IMG/VR virus record: IMGVR_UViG_3300037502_002993
Location: 124,001-188,000 of that record
Strand: one strand, 5' to 3'
DNA: 64,000 bases
Positions 1 to 10,004 of this stretch are shown in pieces (within the stretch, counting starts at the first letter, position 1; each line of letters starts with the position of its first letter). The position numbers and the translations under genes are program-made. The notes under the pieces are model-generated. The model was not told where the DNA came from, did no database searches, and saw only the letters and a program-made list of their open reading frames with translations.

Positions 1-1573
1 CGGCATCACCCTTGCCCCTCACTCCGACTACATCGCCACCTACTACTACGAAGACGCGTCGACGATGAGCGGCCTTGAGGTATGTGCGGCGATTGTCGTC
101 CTCAATCCGAACATCCCCTCCCCCGTCTCCATTGACTATCAAGTGGTGGGGGGTGACCATGCGTTCTCCACTACCGCACTTGCAGAAGTCCTGGAAACGC
201 TCCGTGACAACGAACAGCCCGTCCAGTGGGCCAGCATTGTCGGTAAGCCCACCATGTTCCCTCCTGGTGGTCACCTACACGCCCTGTGGGAGCTGTATGG
301 CTTTGAATACGTCACTATCCAGCTGGAGCGGATGGTCCGTGCCATTCTGGTGGGTGATCAAGCGACGATGGATGAGATCCGCGCCTACGCCCTACGTCTC
401 CATGAAGACGGCATTGACTACACCGACGCGCTTGATTCGCGTTTCCAGGATCACTTAGCTGATAGTAGCAATCCCCACAGTGTTACCAAAGCACAAGTGG
501 GTCTTGGGAGCGTACCGAACTGGCCTGGTGCTAACCAAACCGAGGCACAGCAAGGAGACCGCAATGACCGCATTATGACACCCCTGCGGACCGCTCAGGC
601 GATTACCACGCAAGCCCTGACGCCTCTTAATGCCCACGTTAATAACACCAACAATCCCCACAGTGTTACCAAAGCACAAGTGGGTCTTGGTAGTGTTCCC
701 GACTGGCCAGGGGCCACTCAAGCTGAGGCCGAGTCCGGCACACGCAATGACCGCATCATGACCCCACTGCGGACTGCCCAAGCGATCTCCACCCAGGCAC
801 TGGCTCCTTTGAACTCGCATGTTCAGAACACCAACAATCCCCACAGTGTTACCAAAGTCCAAGTCGGGTTAGGGAGTGTTCCCGACTGGCCAGGGGCCAC
901 TCAAGCTGAGGCCGAGTCCGGCACACGCAATGACCGCATTATGACTCCCCTACGTAATGCCCAAGCCTTCCCGAGGCGATTTAATGAGCAGGTGCAGAAT
1001 GGCTTTTCCATGCCCAGAAACCAAGACAACTCCACCTTGTCTTTTGGGTCGTGGAATAATGACGGTGCGTTTATACGTCACCGGTCCCCAGATAACAATA
1101 GTGCGTTTTTAGACCTTTCCTGTGGTAATACTACAACGGGCACAAGTCGTAAACTTCAGTTTGGTGGCGGTACCACCAATAATTTTTCCTCCTGGTTAAC
1201 CCTTGATCACGACCTCGCATATTTCACCGGACGTATTAACGCCGTTGATTATTATGTCCGTTCTGATGAACGTTATAAAACTAACCTACGGCCCATTGAC
1301 GATCCACTTGGACGACTTGCTGGGATTGAGGGACTGTTTTATGAGTTCATTGACGACGAAAGTCACGCGGCGGGGTTGAGTGCACAACAACTACAGAAGG
1401 TTCTTCCACAGGCAGTTCGATCGGTTATCGACGATGATGGAAAAGATCGATTACATATCAACCATGGCGGACCTATTGCCCTTTTGGTTAGTTCAGTTAA
1501 CGCACTTCGTGAGATAGTAGATAAACAGAGTGCAGAAATAGACCGTTTGAAAGAGTCAGTGGGGGAACGGTAG
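1..1573 (+). CDS. Tail fibre protein with C-terminal intramolecular chaperone (peptidase S74-like); 5'-truncated by the window
   Basis: Frame is open from base 2 (GITLAPHSDY...) into the 65..1573 ORF. It has NPHxVTKAQVGLG fibre repeats and a C-terminal SDERYKTNLRPI...GLSAQQLQKVLPQAV...coiled coil, typical of S74 chaperones. Confidence 0.85.
   Translation, partial: GITLAPHSDYIATYYYEDASTMSGLEVCAAIVVLNPNIPSPVSIDYQVVGGDHAFSTTALAEVLETLRDNEQPVQWASIVGKPTMFPPGGHLHALWELYGFEYVTIQLERMVRAILVGDQATMDEIRAYALRLHEDGIDYTDALDSRFQDHLADSSNPHSVTKAQVGLGSVPNWPGANQTEAQQGDRNDRIMTPLRTAQAITTQALTPLNAHVNNTNNPHSVTKAQVGLGSVPDWPGATQAEAESGTRNDRIMTPLRTAQAISTQALAPLNSHVQNTNNPHSVTKVQVGLGSVPDWPGATQAEAESGTRNDRIMTPLRNAQAFPRRFNEQVQNGFSMPRNQDNSTLSFGSWNNDGAFIRHRSPDNNSAFLDLSCGNTTTGTSRKLQFGGGTTNNFSSWLTLDHDLAYFTGRINAVDYYVRSDERYKTNLRPIDDPLGRLAGIEGLFYEFIDDESHAAGLSAQQLQKVLPQAVRSVIDDDGKDRLHINHGGPIALLVSSVNALREIVDKQSAEIDRLKESVGER
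463..960 (+). repeat. Three tandem ~183 bp (61 aa) intragenic repeats
   Basis: AATCCCCACAGTGTTACCAAAG recurs at about 470, 653 and 836; copies 2 and 3 are nearly identical at DNA level. Confidence 0.95.
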
Positions 1574-1590
1574 TCATTTGAGGGTTTGTC

Positions 1591-2838
1591 ATGTATCAAA
1601 TCACACGAACTTTTCGACGTACTAATCGACAACAGGGAAGGTGGGAAGAGTATCCGCTCGCTGATGAACCAGTTCTCACCTTAACAGAAACACATGGCGA
1701 CGTTTGGATTTTCCTCACCTACCCGATGCTCCAGGGTGAGGAGCGCGCACTGCGCTTTGACAAGGTAAGGAATCTACTGGTAAACACCGCCCCCACCACC
1801 ACCGTCCAGGAGTGGCTTACGTCACTGGGAAACCAAACCCTGCCCGTTGAAGCCAGCCTACCGGAATTCAAAGAGCGGTTTGTGACCTACGCGTCTGCCT
1901 GGCATGCGGGTTATGAGGTTATCGCCATCGGCCGCGGAGCGAGTGCGGATCAGAATGCGTCTAAGTTCAATAAGGAGGACTTAAGGCTCACTAAGGACGA
2001 TGTCACCCCCGAGTACCTCCGTAAACATGCCATGGTTTCCGTCAATGGGTTTTTCCACATGACGGAATACGACCACCAAGGTGTCTATGTACGGGAGGGA
2101 AACCGTTCGGTGCGTCATGCCAATGAGAACCAGGTGGGGGTTCACTCCTTTGCCGACATTGGTGAGATCAACTACGTCCCGATCACCGAGGCAATGATCA
2201 CCTCGAAACGGGAAGATACCCCTCTTAGAGAAGGGTGCTATATCACGCTACCCGGTACGGTTGACCTCACGGGAAAGACCGCCCTGCTCGTAGCGGGGGG
2301 ATACCTTCAGGTCATGGACCGCACCTACCAACGCGTGGGGGACCGTACCTGGCGTATCCACTTGGGCCGCCTGTCCCTGGTGGAGCGGTACTACGACTCC
2401 AAGGACTGGATCGACCTATCGGCGTTAAACTTCACGGAGTATGAAAATAACCCCAGTCTGATCTCTCTGACTGAGATGTTTAAGGACGAGACCATTATCG
2501 CTTATCTGACCCTCCCGCAAAGCTTTGTGGTGCTGGTCAATACCGATAACCTCTTCCAGGAATATCTCCCTATTGAGCATGCTGGTGTTCCCGGTCGCTG
2601 GCTGGAGTACCAGTTCAATCAGTATCCCGCTATTGGTGCCTATGGAAAAGCCCTGGAGTATCACCCCACGCAAGAAGGGGAGATCACTGTGGTCAATGGG
2701 ATGGAGTCGAAAATGCATGCCTACGACTTCCAGACGCGCCCGTGGCGAAAGAAACCTGGGTTAGATGGGTCACGCTACCCGGCAAAGCCCTTCGAACACA
2801 CACAGGCCTTCTGGCGCGTTCTCGGCACCATTCGTTAA
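1591..2838 (+). CDS. Conserved phiKZ-like virion structural protein (putative)
   Basis: 415 aa ORF following the tail fibre in a structural block; function inferred from context only. Confidence 0.55.
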   Translation: MYQITRTFRRTNRQQGRWEEYPLADEPVLTLTETHGDVWIFLTYPMLQGEERALRFDKVRNLLVNTAPTTTVQEWLTSLGNQTLPVEASLPEFKERFVTYASAWHAGYEVIAIGRGASADQNASKFNKEDLRLTKDDVTPEYLRKHAMVSVNGFFHMTEYDHQGVYVREGNRSVRHANENQVGVHSFADIGEINYVPITEAMITSKREDTPLREGCYITLPGTVDLTGKTALLVAGGYLQVMDRTYQRVGDRTWRIHLGRLSLVERYYDSKDWIDLSALNFTEYENNPSLISLTEMFKDETIIAYLTLPQSFVVLVNTDNLFQEYLPIEHAGVPGRWLEYQFNQYPAIGAYGKALEYHPTQEGEITVVNGMESKMHAYDFQTRPWRKKPGLDGSRYPAKPFEHTQAFWRVLGTIR

Positions 2839-2863
2839 TGACAATAAAAGGGGAAGTCAGGGT

Positions 2864-3226
2864 ATGGGTCAGGTAGTCGGAGTGAGTGAAGCCTACTTGC
2901 AGAAACTTCTTCATGAGACGCCTTATTCACTGGTGTGTTTTCATAATGGCGATCGACACGCCAGTGCGTTAATGCGGGTTGTCCGTGAGAGCCTCCCGCC
3001 ATTGGCGTTCGACGATCTATTGATCGAAGTTGACGTATCGCGGCTATCCCACCGCGTGGTGCAGTGGATGGATCTAATGGGGTTGCCCGTCGTAGGGTTC
3101 TTTCACTTTCACCGCGAGGTCAGTCGGTTGGACGGGGACATCACCTCAGGGCGGGTGTTAAGGGAATGGGAGCGCTTGAAGCGGCGCTACCCACCCTCCC
3201 TGAAAACGCCACGTAAGCTTCTGTGA
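2864..3226 (+). CDS. Hypothetical protein (120 aa)
   Basis: ATG at 2864 after GGGGAAG; the longer ORF start overlaps the upstream gene. Confidence 0.55.
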   Translation: MGQVVGVSEAYLQKLLHETPYSLVCFHNGDRHASALMRVVRESLPPLAFDDLLIEVDVSRLSHRVVQWMDLMGLPVVGFFHFHREVSRLDGDITSGRVLREWERLKRRYPPSLKTPRKLL

Positions 3227-3350
3227 CAAGTGTTGGTGTCAACTGGTACCTAGTTACCTCTTTTTGAATAACGTGGCTTAGAGGGGCTTACAGAGCGTTC
3301 TAGAGGGTATTGTAGTAGTGTGTAGAGAGTGATGGTGGTATCGGAGCAGA

Positions 3351-3390
3351 CGACATACCTCCCCTCCCGTTGTGGGAGGGGATATGCCGT
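3351..3390. terminator. Bidirectional hairpin at a convergent junction, flanked by GACATA/TATGCC
   Basis: CCCCTCCC-GTTGT-GGGAGGGG between converging genes. Confidence 0.75.
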
Positions 3391-3406
3391 GAACATCACA
3401 ATTAGA

Positions 3407-4393
3407 CTACAGGGCAATTAAGGGATACATCTGTCGAGCGAGTTGCCGGTGATCATGCAGGCGATAGTGGGGAGCGGCGATCACGCCACCGACCAGTTCT
3501 GGATCGGTACACAATACCAGCTGCGCATCCTCTGAGCAGAGGGCCAGTACCTGGAAATTAAAGGCGCTCTCCCCCCGGCGCTCTAAATACAGCCAGTCGG
3601 ATTTAATTTGTGTCATCACTGAGATTAGATCCTGGCGCAGCTCGGGGTAGTGAGACGCATCTTTCCCATCGGGGATACTAAAACGCTGGAGAAACTGCTG
3701 GACAAACTGCGGATTGGTGGACAGCAGTACGCTACCATTCACGTGCTTAAGTAGCACTTTTAACCCTTCAAGATCGGCTGTCCCTGCCAGACGCGTAGCA
3801 GCACCTCGGACTACCTGATCTTTTACGTCTTGAGGTGATCCCCCCAGGTAATCCATCAGCTCATCAAGTAGCTCAGGCACTTCCCATTTAGCGAGCTCTT
3901 CTAGGCCGACTTGGATAACCCCAATAACAGGACCTAATCCGATGGCATCAAAGACAGGGTTACCGGTGAGTCCCCCCAACACTCCCATAATGCCCTCAGC
4001 ACTTCGGTAGTCGCCGTTTTTAATCACATACTCAAGGTCGTTGATCTTTCCGACCATGTAGTTGTGTTCGGGACTGCCCACCCCACTCTGTTCGATAAAC
4101 CGTGAGCGTAGGTTATCCGGGAGATCATTTAGTTCACGAATGCTCCCCCCGATGGACTCCTGCAGGCGCTTGCGGGCAGTGTTTAATCCAATCTCTTTAT
4201 TCCGTACGCCCGAGGCGAGGTCGGACAGGGAGGTGCGGGTTGCCCCTAAGCGTGAGGTTAGCCCTTCACTGAAGGCACTGTAGCTGGACTGGAAGGCATT
4301 GCGGGTTTCTGGGGTGACCTCGGTATAGACATCCACCGCAGCGAGTTCATCATCGGGTCCAGCAAGGAAGGTACTGCGGGCGGCTTTTCCCAT
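3407..4393 (-). CDS. Putative virion structural protein
   Basis: 328 aa from ATG 4393 with AAGGAG SD; function from context only. Confidence 0.55.
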   Translation of the reverse strand: MGKAARSTFLAGPDDELAAVDVYTEVTPETRNAFQSSYSAFSEGLTSRLGATRTSLSDLASGVRNKEIGLNTARKRLQESIGGSIRELNDLPDNLRSRFIEQSGVGSPEHNYMVGKINDLEYVIKNGDYRSAEGIMGVLGGLTGNPVFDAIGLGPVIGVIQVGLEELAKWEVPELLDELMDYLGGSPQDVKDQVVRGAATRLAGTADLEGLKVLLKHVNGSVLLSTNPQFVQQFLQRFSIPDGKDASHYPELRQDLISVMTQIKSDWLYLERRGESAFNFQVLALCSEDAQLVLCTDPELVGGVIAAPHYRLHDHRQLARQMYPLIAL

Positions 4394-4464
4394 GAGGGAA
4401 CTCCTTAGCAACAAAAAAGAAAAGGTATTGACGGGGGTGGTTGCCCACCCCCTGGATCACACCA

Positions 4465-4917
4465 TTACCGATTCTCTACCTGAAGGTCATGAATGACCTG
4501 CTTCACTACCCGCAACCAGCGTTTCTCGGCATTCTTCAACGCATGAAAGGGTTCAAGCCAGACAATCGGAAGTGAGTTATCTCTTACCCACTGAAGGGCT
4601 ACCGGATTGATCTTCAGATTATGCTTTAAGGCATAACCCAGTTTGATCTCAAGGCCCTTAACATTTTCCCAGTGGTAGCGTTTGCTTGCCGCCAACTCCT
4701 CTTTGGTGGCGGCTTTGAGAAAGCGCCGATTGTCCCCTTCAGTGATCAGGTAGTAATGTAAGCCGGCATAGGTACGAAACCCATACCCATCTGGGTGAGT
4801 CTTGGGGAAGTCCCGATACCACCCAAGTTGCTTACCAATGGCGGTGGTGGCCCCACTGCCAATGTCGATATAGGTGATGCCATCGCGTTCAGGAGGGTGC
4901 ACCATGTCATGCCTCAT
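4465..4917 (-). CDS. Conserved jumbo-phage hypothetical protein (possibly degenerate NADAR-like)
   Basis: DGITYIDIGS...HPDGYGFRTYAGLHYYL resembles a family I recall from phiKZ-like phages; not searched. Confidence 0.45.
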   Translation of the reverse strand: MRHDMVHPPERDGITYIDIGSGATTAIGKQLGWYRDFPKTHPDGYGFRTYAGLHYYLITEGDNRRFLKAATKEELAASKRYHWENVKGLEIKLGYALKHNLKINPVALQWVRDNSLPIVWLEPFHALKNAEKRWLRVVKQVIHDLQVENR

Positions 4918-5671
4918 CTGCCGGGTCCTGTTTCAGGAGAAGTGCATTGGGGTTGGGGGGTGTGCAGCGATGGGTGCTCTTCTCCCCCGTTCGTGCGTTC
5001 CAGAGCAGTTCGAGATAATAGGTCACTTTCTCGGCATCTAGAACGTCAATCCCCAATCGAAACTTCTTCCAACTTAAGTCATCACTGAGTAGTGACCGAT
5101 GAAGTTGGGTGACCTGATCCCGTACACTGCGCTTGGAGACCGCATGTTGCGAGATGGGGGAGGTCGCATGGTTATGGAGCAGCTGCTCCCACTTCTCCAT
5201 GTCAATCCCTTCTTTGGCGATGATTGTCCGGTAGAGTTTAGCCAGTGAGCTAATCGCCGGAGGTCGGCTATAAAGCACCTCATTCTCAGCAGGCACCTCA
5301 CCTTCCGTTAAGACGTCAGTGTCCCATTCCTGAATCGCGGGATCGATCTTAAAGGAGTAGGTGCTGGTGTGTCCATCCTTCCAGGTTAGCTCCACGCCAA
5401 AGGTGGCACTGACGGGATTGAGGAAATCTACCGCCTCACGAAAGTTCGTCCAGGTGAACTCATCACGGACCAACTTCTTATTGAGGTTCCCAATGTCTCG
5501 GTTTTTGAGATTGTGGGGTTTCTCCGCAAACTTCTTTGCGCGATCCTTCCAGTTAAACTGGTTGATCTGGCGCCAAGAGAGTACGTGGCGAAACAGGTAG
5601 GTCAATACCCCTTTGGATTTGTAAAGGCCCTTGTACTGATCCGACAAGAGTTCCTTAACAGCGTCGCTCAT
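4907..5671 (-). CDS. Hypothetical protein with two similar halves
   Basis: 254 aa ORF with AAGGA SD; motifs LVRDEFTWTNFREAVDFL and LLSDDLSWKKFRLGIDVL suggest an internal duplication. Confidence 0.65.
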   Translation of the reverse strand: MSDAVKELLSDQYKGLYKSKGVLTYLFRHVLSWRQINQFNWKDRAKKFAEKPHNLKNRDIGNLNKKLVRDEFTWTNFREAVDFLNPVSATFGVELTWKDGHTSTYSFKIDPAIQEWDTDVLTEGEVPAENEVLYSRPPAISSLAKLYRTIIAKEGIDMEKWEQLLHNHATSPISQHAVSKRSVRDQVTQLHRSLLSDDLSWKKFRLGIDVLDAEKVTYYLELLWNARTGEKSTHRCTPPNPNALLLKQDPADEA

Positions 5672-5850
5672 GTGTTATATCCTTTTAGCTTCAACGAAGC
5701 CGTCCCCCACGGGGACGCGTAGTCCTGTTAATCAGGACGCGGCAGCGAAGTGACGTGGGTGATGGTTCACATCGACGTTCTCCTTGTTCAGATGTAATGA
5801 AAGGGGGTCCTTGGTATTACTCAAGGACATGATGTAAGTCTCAAATCGAG

Positions 5851-6342
5851 TTAAGTCTCAAATAGGGTATAGGTGAGTTCTGTAAGGTCCCGATAGAGCG
5901 GTACCGACACCCGTTTGATAAAGTCTGCCTCACCCGCCCTCACGGATGCTCCATGGAGGAGAATCAACAGCTGTAACTCCCCTAACTGAGCTAGGGTATC
6001 GACAGGCATACCATCGCCATCCACCAGGTAGGTGTCCAAGGTGCGCTCTACGGGAGTAGGTTGGTTCTTTAAGTTAACCTCAAGGACCGTTTCTTTATCT
6101 AGCCTCACTAACCGGTCATGTTCTTTTAACTTAGTGACCAGCTCAGTGATGTTAGTGCTGTGAGTGGTGAGGCGTCGATAGCGGCGTTCCTCAATAACGG
6201 CACTGACATCCGACACCCTGATGTAGCGCCAGTGATAAAGGAGGTGGGTGAGAATTGTCGGCAGGTGAGTGGGTGTCAATGGGCGGGACTGCAGGAGCTG
6301 ATGATACCGTGTCAACCGCCATTGGGTAATTAGGTGTTTCAT
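5851..6342 (-). CDS. Hypothetical protein
   Basis: ORF from ATG 6342 (MKHLITQW). Confidence 0.6.
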   Translation of the reverse strand: MKHLITQWRLTRYHQLLQSRPLTPTHLPTILTHLLYHWRYIRVSDVSAVIEERRYRRLTTHSTNITELVTKLKEHDRLVRLDKETVLEVNLKNQPTPVERTLDTYLVDGDGMPVDTLAQLGELQLLILLHGASVRAGEADFIKRVSVPLYRDLTELTYTLFET

Positions 6343-6448
6343 GGAGAATGCCTTAGCCGGCCACACTGGCAGGGCCTACGGCAGGGAATTGTATAGACCA
6401 CTGATGTAACCCCTGTTCTATTTAACATATTGTCATGGAGATGCGTAA

Positions 6449-6964
6449 ATGTCCCAGCACCCCACTCTCGACGATAACCTCCAGTACCCCGAGCCCGAAG
6501 AGCAACAGGTGTTCGATGACCCACCCCCCGCTATTGAGGACCAAGAAGACCTCTCTTACGGGGAGACTCTTAATTACAGTCAGCGCATTCGGCGTCAGAT
6601 TGTGGACTCCCGTATGGTAAAGGGCGTTCCTGAGGATGATGACTCTGTCAAGTTGGTCCTCACTGCCCTGAAGGACATGGACAAGACGGCCCTTGACCGC
6701 CGCCGTAATGAGATCGATGCTGATAGCGGGGAGAGTGCCAAGGAGATCGCACAGGCCATGCAGGCGTTTATCGCCATGCAGGGAAATGGTAACCCGTTTA
6801 TGGGAGAGGGTGGTGGTAAGATCCCCTCTCTGACAGAGCAGGACCTGGGAGAGTATGACATCCCAGCCGGTGAGATGGAAAGTGGTGTGATCGAAGAGAC
6901 CTCGGAGGAGTTCCAGGCACGTATGGAGCAGCGTAAAGCCGACGCTGCGGACACCTCCTCTTAA
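6449..6964 (+). CDS. Acidic hypothetical protein
   Basis: 171 aa, GGAG upstream, followed by a hairpin terminator. Confidence 0.7.
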   Translation: MSQHPTLDDNLQYPEPEEQQVFDDPPPAIEDQEDLSYGETLNYSQRIRRQIVDSRMVKGVPEDDDSVKLVLTALKDMDKTALDRRRNEIDADSGESAKEIAQAMQAFIAMQGNGNPFMGEGGGKIPSLTEQDLGEYDIPAGEMESGVIEETSEEFQARMEQRKADAADTSS

Positions 6965-6968
6965 TGAG

Positions 6969-7009
6969 GACATAAACCGCCCTCCCAACCAGGGAGGGCA
7001 CTTATGCCG
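6969..7009. terminator. Bidirectional hairpin flanked by GACATA/TATGCCG
   Basis: GCCCTCCC-AACCA-GGGAGGGC at a convergent junction. Confidence 0.75.
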
Positions 7010-7290
7010 TTAGGGGGGTGTTGAGGTAAGAGGGTAGTGGATGTGGTCCTCTTTGATCTCGGTGTTGTCCTTAGTGATAATCCGGATGGTCACTCGAATG
7101 CCATGGCGCCGTGCCATCATCATGATGGGAAGATCAGCCAGGATCGCCCGGTAGGGCCTTGGATTATTTACAAACAGAGTGATCTCCCGCCGTTCCGTTC
7201 CTGGGGAGAACTCTGCGATCACCTCGACCATCCGCTCAAGTGTCGTGATCAGTTCACGTGCCTTCAGTCGGTCTCTCACGTGGGTCAGGT
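7010..7290 (-). CDS. Small hypothetical protein; start uncertain
   Basis: 3' part of the 7010..7441 ORF fills the gap between the upstream gene and the terminator. Confidence 0.4.
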
Positions 7291-7295
7291 TCTTG

Positions 7296-8003
7296 TTATA
7301 AGGAAAGTACGTCGGGAGGTACGGCTGAGAAGTAGCGTGGTTCAATGAAGTCAATGTCAATATGCTCCAATAGCCAGAGTTTAAAGGTGAAGAACTCGCG
7401 CTTCTTTTCTTCCTGACTGAGCGTATCGGGGTCTTTCTCAAACAGTCGAGGAACGATCAAGTTAAAATCACGCCCCTTTAAACGTCCGAGTTCCCAACAA
7501 TGGGTCTTTAACCACCCTGGGAAGTCATAGATCAGTGCTCCGCTGTAGTGCTGAAACCAAAAGGTTGGGGTAAGCTCTTTTAATGGACGCGATATAAAGG
7601 TTACCATGAGCTCTGGGAACAGTAACTCCTTCAATACCCCAGTGAGGGTTTCAATCTCATCTGAATTCAGGTTGTAAGGATGGACGTTCACCTCAAGACG
7701 TAAGTCACTTTTGGTAAGCCCTTCCATGTTGATCAGATGGAAATCCCCAAAGAGCTGATTGAGTACCAAAAAGAGCTGGCTTGCCACACTGCTCTTTAGT
7801 ACCTCAATCCCCCGTACTGCCCAAGCTGCCTTAAAGGCCTCTTGAGTGATCTTCCCTTGAGTCAACCGCTCCCAATCATCCTGCTCCCGATCCCAGTACG
7901 TCTTTTGTTTTACCAGGGATTGGGCGGCTCCTGGGTCGAGCGTGGCCATCACCCCGAGACGTGTATCTAAGAGGCTATCTAGGTCGGTATACAACACCTT
8001 CAT
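7296..8003 (-). CDS. HAD-fold-like protein conserved in phiKZ-like phages
   Basis: N-terminal VLYTDLDSLLDT resembles the HAD DxD motif I. Confidence 0.55.
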   Translation of the reverse strand: MKVLYTDLDSLLDTRLGVMATLDPGAAQSLVKQKTYWDREQDDWERLTQGKITQEAFKAAWAVRGIEVLKSSVASQLFLVLNQLFGDFHLINMEGLTKSDLRLEVNVHPYNLNSDEIETLTGVLKELLFPELMVTFISRPLKELTPTFWFQHYSGALIYDFPGWLKTHCWELGRLKGRDFNLIVPRLFEKDPDTLSQEEKKREFFTFKLWLLEHIDIDFIEPRYFSAVPPDVLSL

Positions 8004-8006
8004 GGA

Positions 8007-8501
8007 TCAGGCCCCTTTAGTGGGTTTACCTGAGATGACACCCCACCCCGTAATGCCTAACAGTCGGGTATGGCTCAACAGGAACAGTAACCATACAAGC
8101 CAGCCGTTTTGTTGAAGAAGGGGTTCGATATCCCGACTGCGACTGAGGTGGGCGAAGAAGTCCTCATCCACCACGTCAGAACTTGCTATTCCCCGGTAGC
8201 TCGACTTCACGGCATTCGTGAGGAGCTCAAAGCCCTCTTCCTCATCAATCTCCACCAACTGACGAAAAGTCATCATGGTGCTGAACAGGAAATGCAGTAC
8301 AATTTCCTCTTCATTACGCAGTGACGGCCAAAGGGAATCCCTGACGTAGGCGGTATTGAGCATGTAGGGACGCAGTGATACGTGGCGAGAGGTGAAGAAT
8401 AGCTTCAGGTACTGAACGTCGTCTTGACTGAGGTAGTTCAGTTCTTCAGCTAATGCCCGCTTGGCTTTTTCTAACACAGCTGTCAGGAGGTGGTTATCCA
8501 T
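8007..8501 (-). CDS. Hypothetical protein
   Basis: 164 aa ORF in a tightly packed operon. Confidence 0.65.
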   Translation of the reverse strand: MDNHLLTAVLEKAKRALAEELNYLSQDDVQYLKLFFTSRHVSLRPYMLNTAYVRDSLWPSLRNEEEIVLHFLFSTMMTFRQLVEIDEEEGFELLTNAVKSSYRGIASSDVVDEDFFAHLSRSRDIEPLLQQNGWLVWLLFLLSHTRLLGITGWGVISGKPTKGA

Positions 8502-8510
8502 GAGGGTGCC

Positions 8511-9182
8511 TTACAGGTTGTTATCAAGGTGCATGGCTTTCAGATAGACCGACAGTGTCTCCGTGGCCTTTACGGTCCCTGGGAGTTGCTTCTCCAATGC
8601 AGAGACATCCACGTGTCCGGTTTCTTCAATCTGCTTATTCATCTCGTGGTACAATTTGGCATGTCCGCCTCTGGCCTTAATCAACTCAAGGAGCATGTTA
8701 TCAAGACCCTTAGCGGCATTGATCTGCGTTTCCGGGTAGGACATCGAGGCCCCTTTCGATTCACCCGTGACTTGTCCTGTGCGCTCATCGATGACTCGGT
8801 TGTTCTCAGGGATCGAGACTTTCTTTGACAACATCTGAACCTGACGTCTCACGGGTAGATCCACGACAATGTGGGGCACCTCAGTGCGGTAGGTCTTTCC
8901 GGTATCAGGGTCAGTGAGATGAAGATAGTGGAAGAAGTTATAACCCAGTTGATCGGCAATCTGAAAATTGCGTGCCATGTCAATTTTGTGCTCTGACAAA
9001 TTAGGTGCAAAGAGGGCCAGTACCTCCTCTCCCTGCTCCAGGCGGGTCATAAAGGCCTCAAAATCCTTATTGGACATGGCCTTCAAGCGCTTCTCATAGA
9101 TCTCTCGATTAGGCGACCCAGGTAAGAACTGATCGATAAAGTACAGAAGCTCAGCTGTAGCCTCTTCTCTAGGTGTTGTCAT
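8511..9182 (-). CDS. rpoB: Virion RNA polymerase beta subunit, C-terminal fragment (phiKZ gp149-like)
   Basis: LPVRRQVQMLSKKVSIP...IDERTGQVTGESKGASMSYPE matches the beta C-terminal region of phiKZ gp149 as I recall it; located near uvsX as in phiKZ. Confidence 0.8.
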   Translation of the reverse strand: MTTPREEATAELLYFIDQFLPGSPNREIYEKRLKAMSNKDFEAFMTRLEQGEEVLALFAPNLSEHKIDMARNFQIADQLGYNFFHYLHLTDPDTGKTYRTEVPHIVVDLPVRRQVQMLSKKVSIPENNRVIDERTGQVTGESKGASMSYPETQINAAKGLDNMLLELIKARGGHAKLYHEMNKQIEETGHVDVSALEKQLPGTVKATETLSVYLKAMHLDNNL

Positions 9183-9224
9183 GGGGTGGATGCTCCTGTT
9201 AACTCAAAGCCCCCACGCCATGCC

Positions 9225-9662
9225 TCACACCAACATGATTTTAGTGGGACGCTTAGGACGAGGGGAGTGATAGAGGTAGTGCTGAATGGGGGGGAAGCGC
9301 CCATTATCGAGTACAATGACGTGGGTAGCGTAATGAGCGGCCCTTAGGTAGACTTCAAGCCAGGGGGAGGGGACCTCCCAATCAATTTGCTGATAGGTGA
9401 TGTGCGGGTAGTATTCATTACGGAACAGATCATCTAAAAAGTGATCGTCCATCAACTTGGTGTGGAGAAGCACCCATTCGGCATTCTTCTCCCACCAATG
9501 GGGTTGGTCTAAGAACATGGTGACCAACCCCGCTTCATCCGTGTACCCCTCAGGGTGAAGAATCGCAATGCGTGGAGAATGAAGAACCAACTCGTTCCCC
9601 ACGGCGACTTCAATCAGTGAACGAGTCCCCTTAGACAGGCTGGGGGTTTCCTTGGGGTGCAT
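9225..9662 (-). CDS. Hypothetical protein
   Basis: 145 aa ORF in operon. Confidence 0.5.
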   Translation of the reverse strand: MHPKETPSLSKGTRSLIEVAVGNELVLHSPRIAILHPEGYTDEAGLVTMFLDQPHWWEKNAEWVLLHTKLMDDHFLDDLFRNEYYPHITYQQIDWEVPSPWLEVYLRAAHYATHVIVLDNGRFPPIQHYLYHSPRPKRPTKIMLV

Positions 9663-9993
9663 AGAAATCCTCAGTAAAGGGACGGGTCACGGTGGGGAAA
9701 CGATGACGCTGGAGGAGTGGGAGAATCTCCCACTCGAACATGGTCAGCCATCCGCGCGGACTGTCAATCGTATCGTCCAGACACACTCTCGCTTCCATTG
9801 AAGGCGCATCAATCTGCGCCAACATGTCACGGAAGAAGTGATTCATGGCACGAATCTCACCCTTGACATGATCGTGCTGAATGCCAGCACTTGGGTGCTC
9901 CTGATAGAACCGGTAGAAGGTATCAGCGAGTTCGGGATCGTAGTGTCGAATCAAGGAGTAGGCCTGAGAGGCCATAAAATTTAACGTTTTCAT
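9631..9993 (-). CDS. Hypothetical / putative virion protein
   Basis: 120 aa ORF directly downstream of uvsX. Confidence 0.55.
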   Translation of the reverse strand: MKTLNFMASQAYSLIRHYDPELADTFYRFYQEHPSAGIQHDHVKGEIRAMNHFFRDMLAQIDAPSMEARVCLDDTIDSPRGWLTMFEWEILPLLQRHRFPTVTRPFTEDFYAPQGNPQPV

Positions 9994-10004
9994 CTGAAAG
10001 CCTC

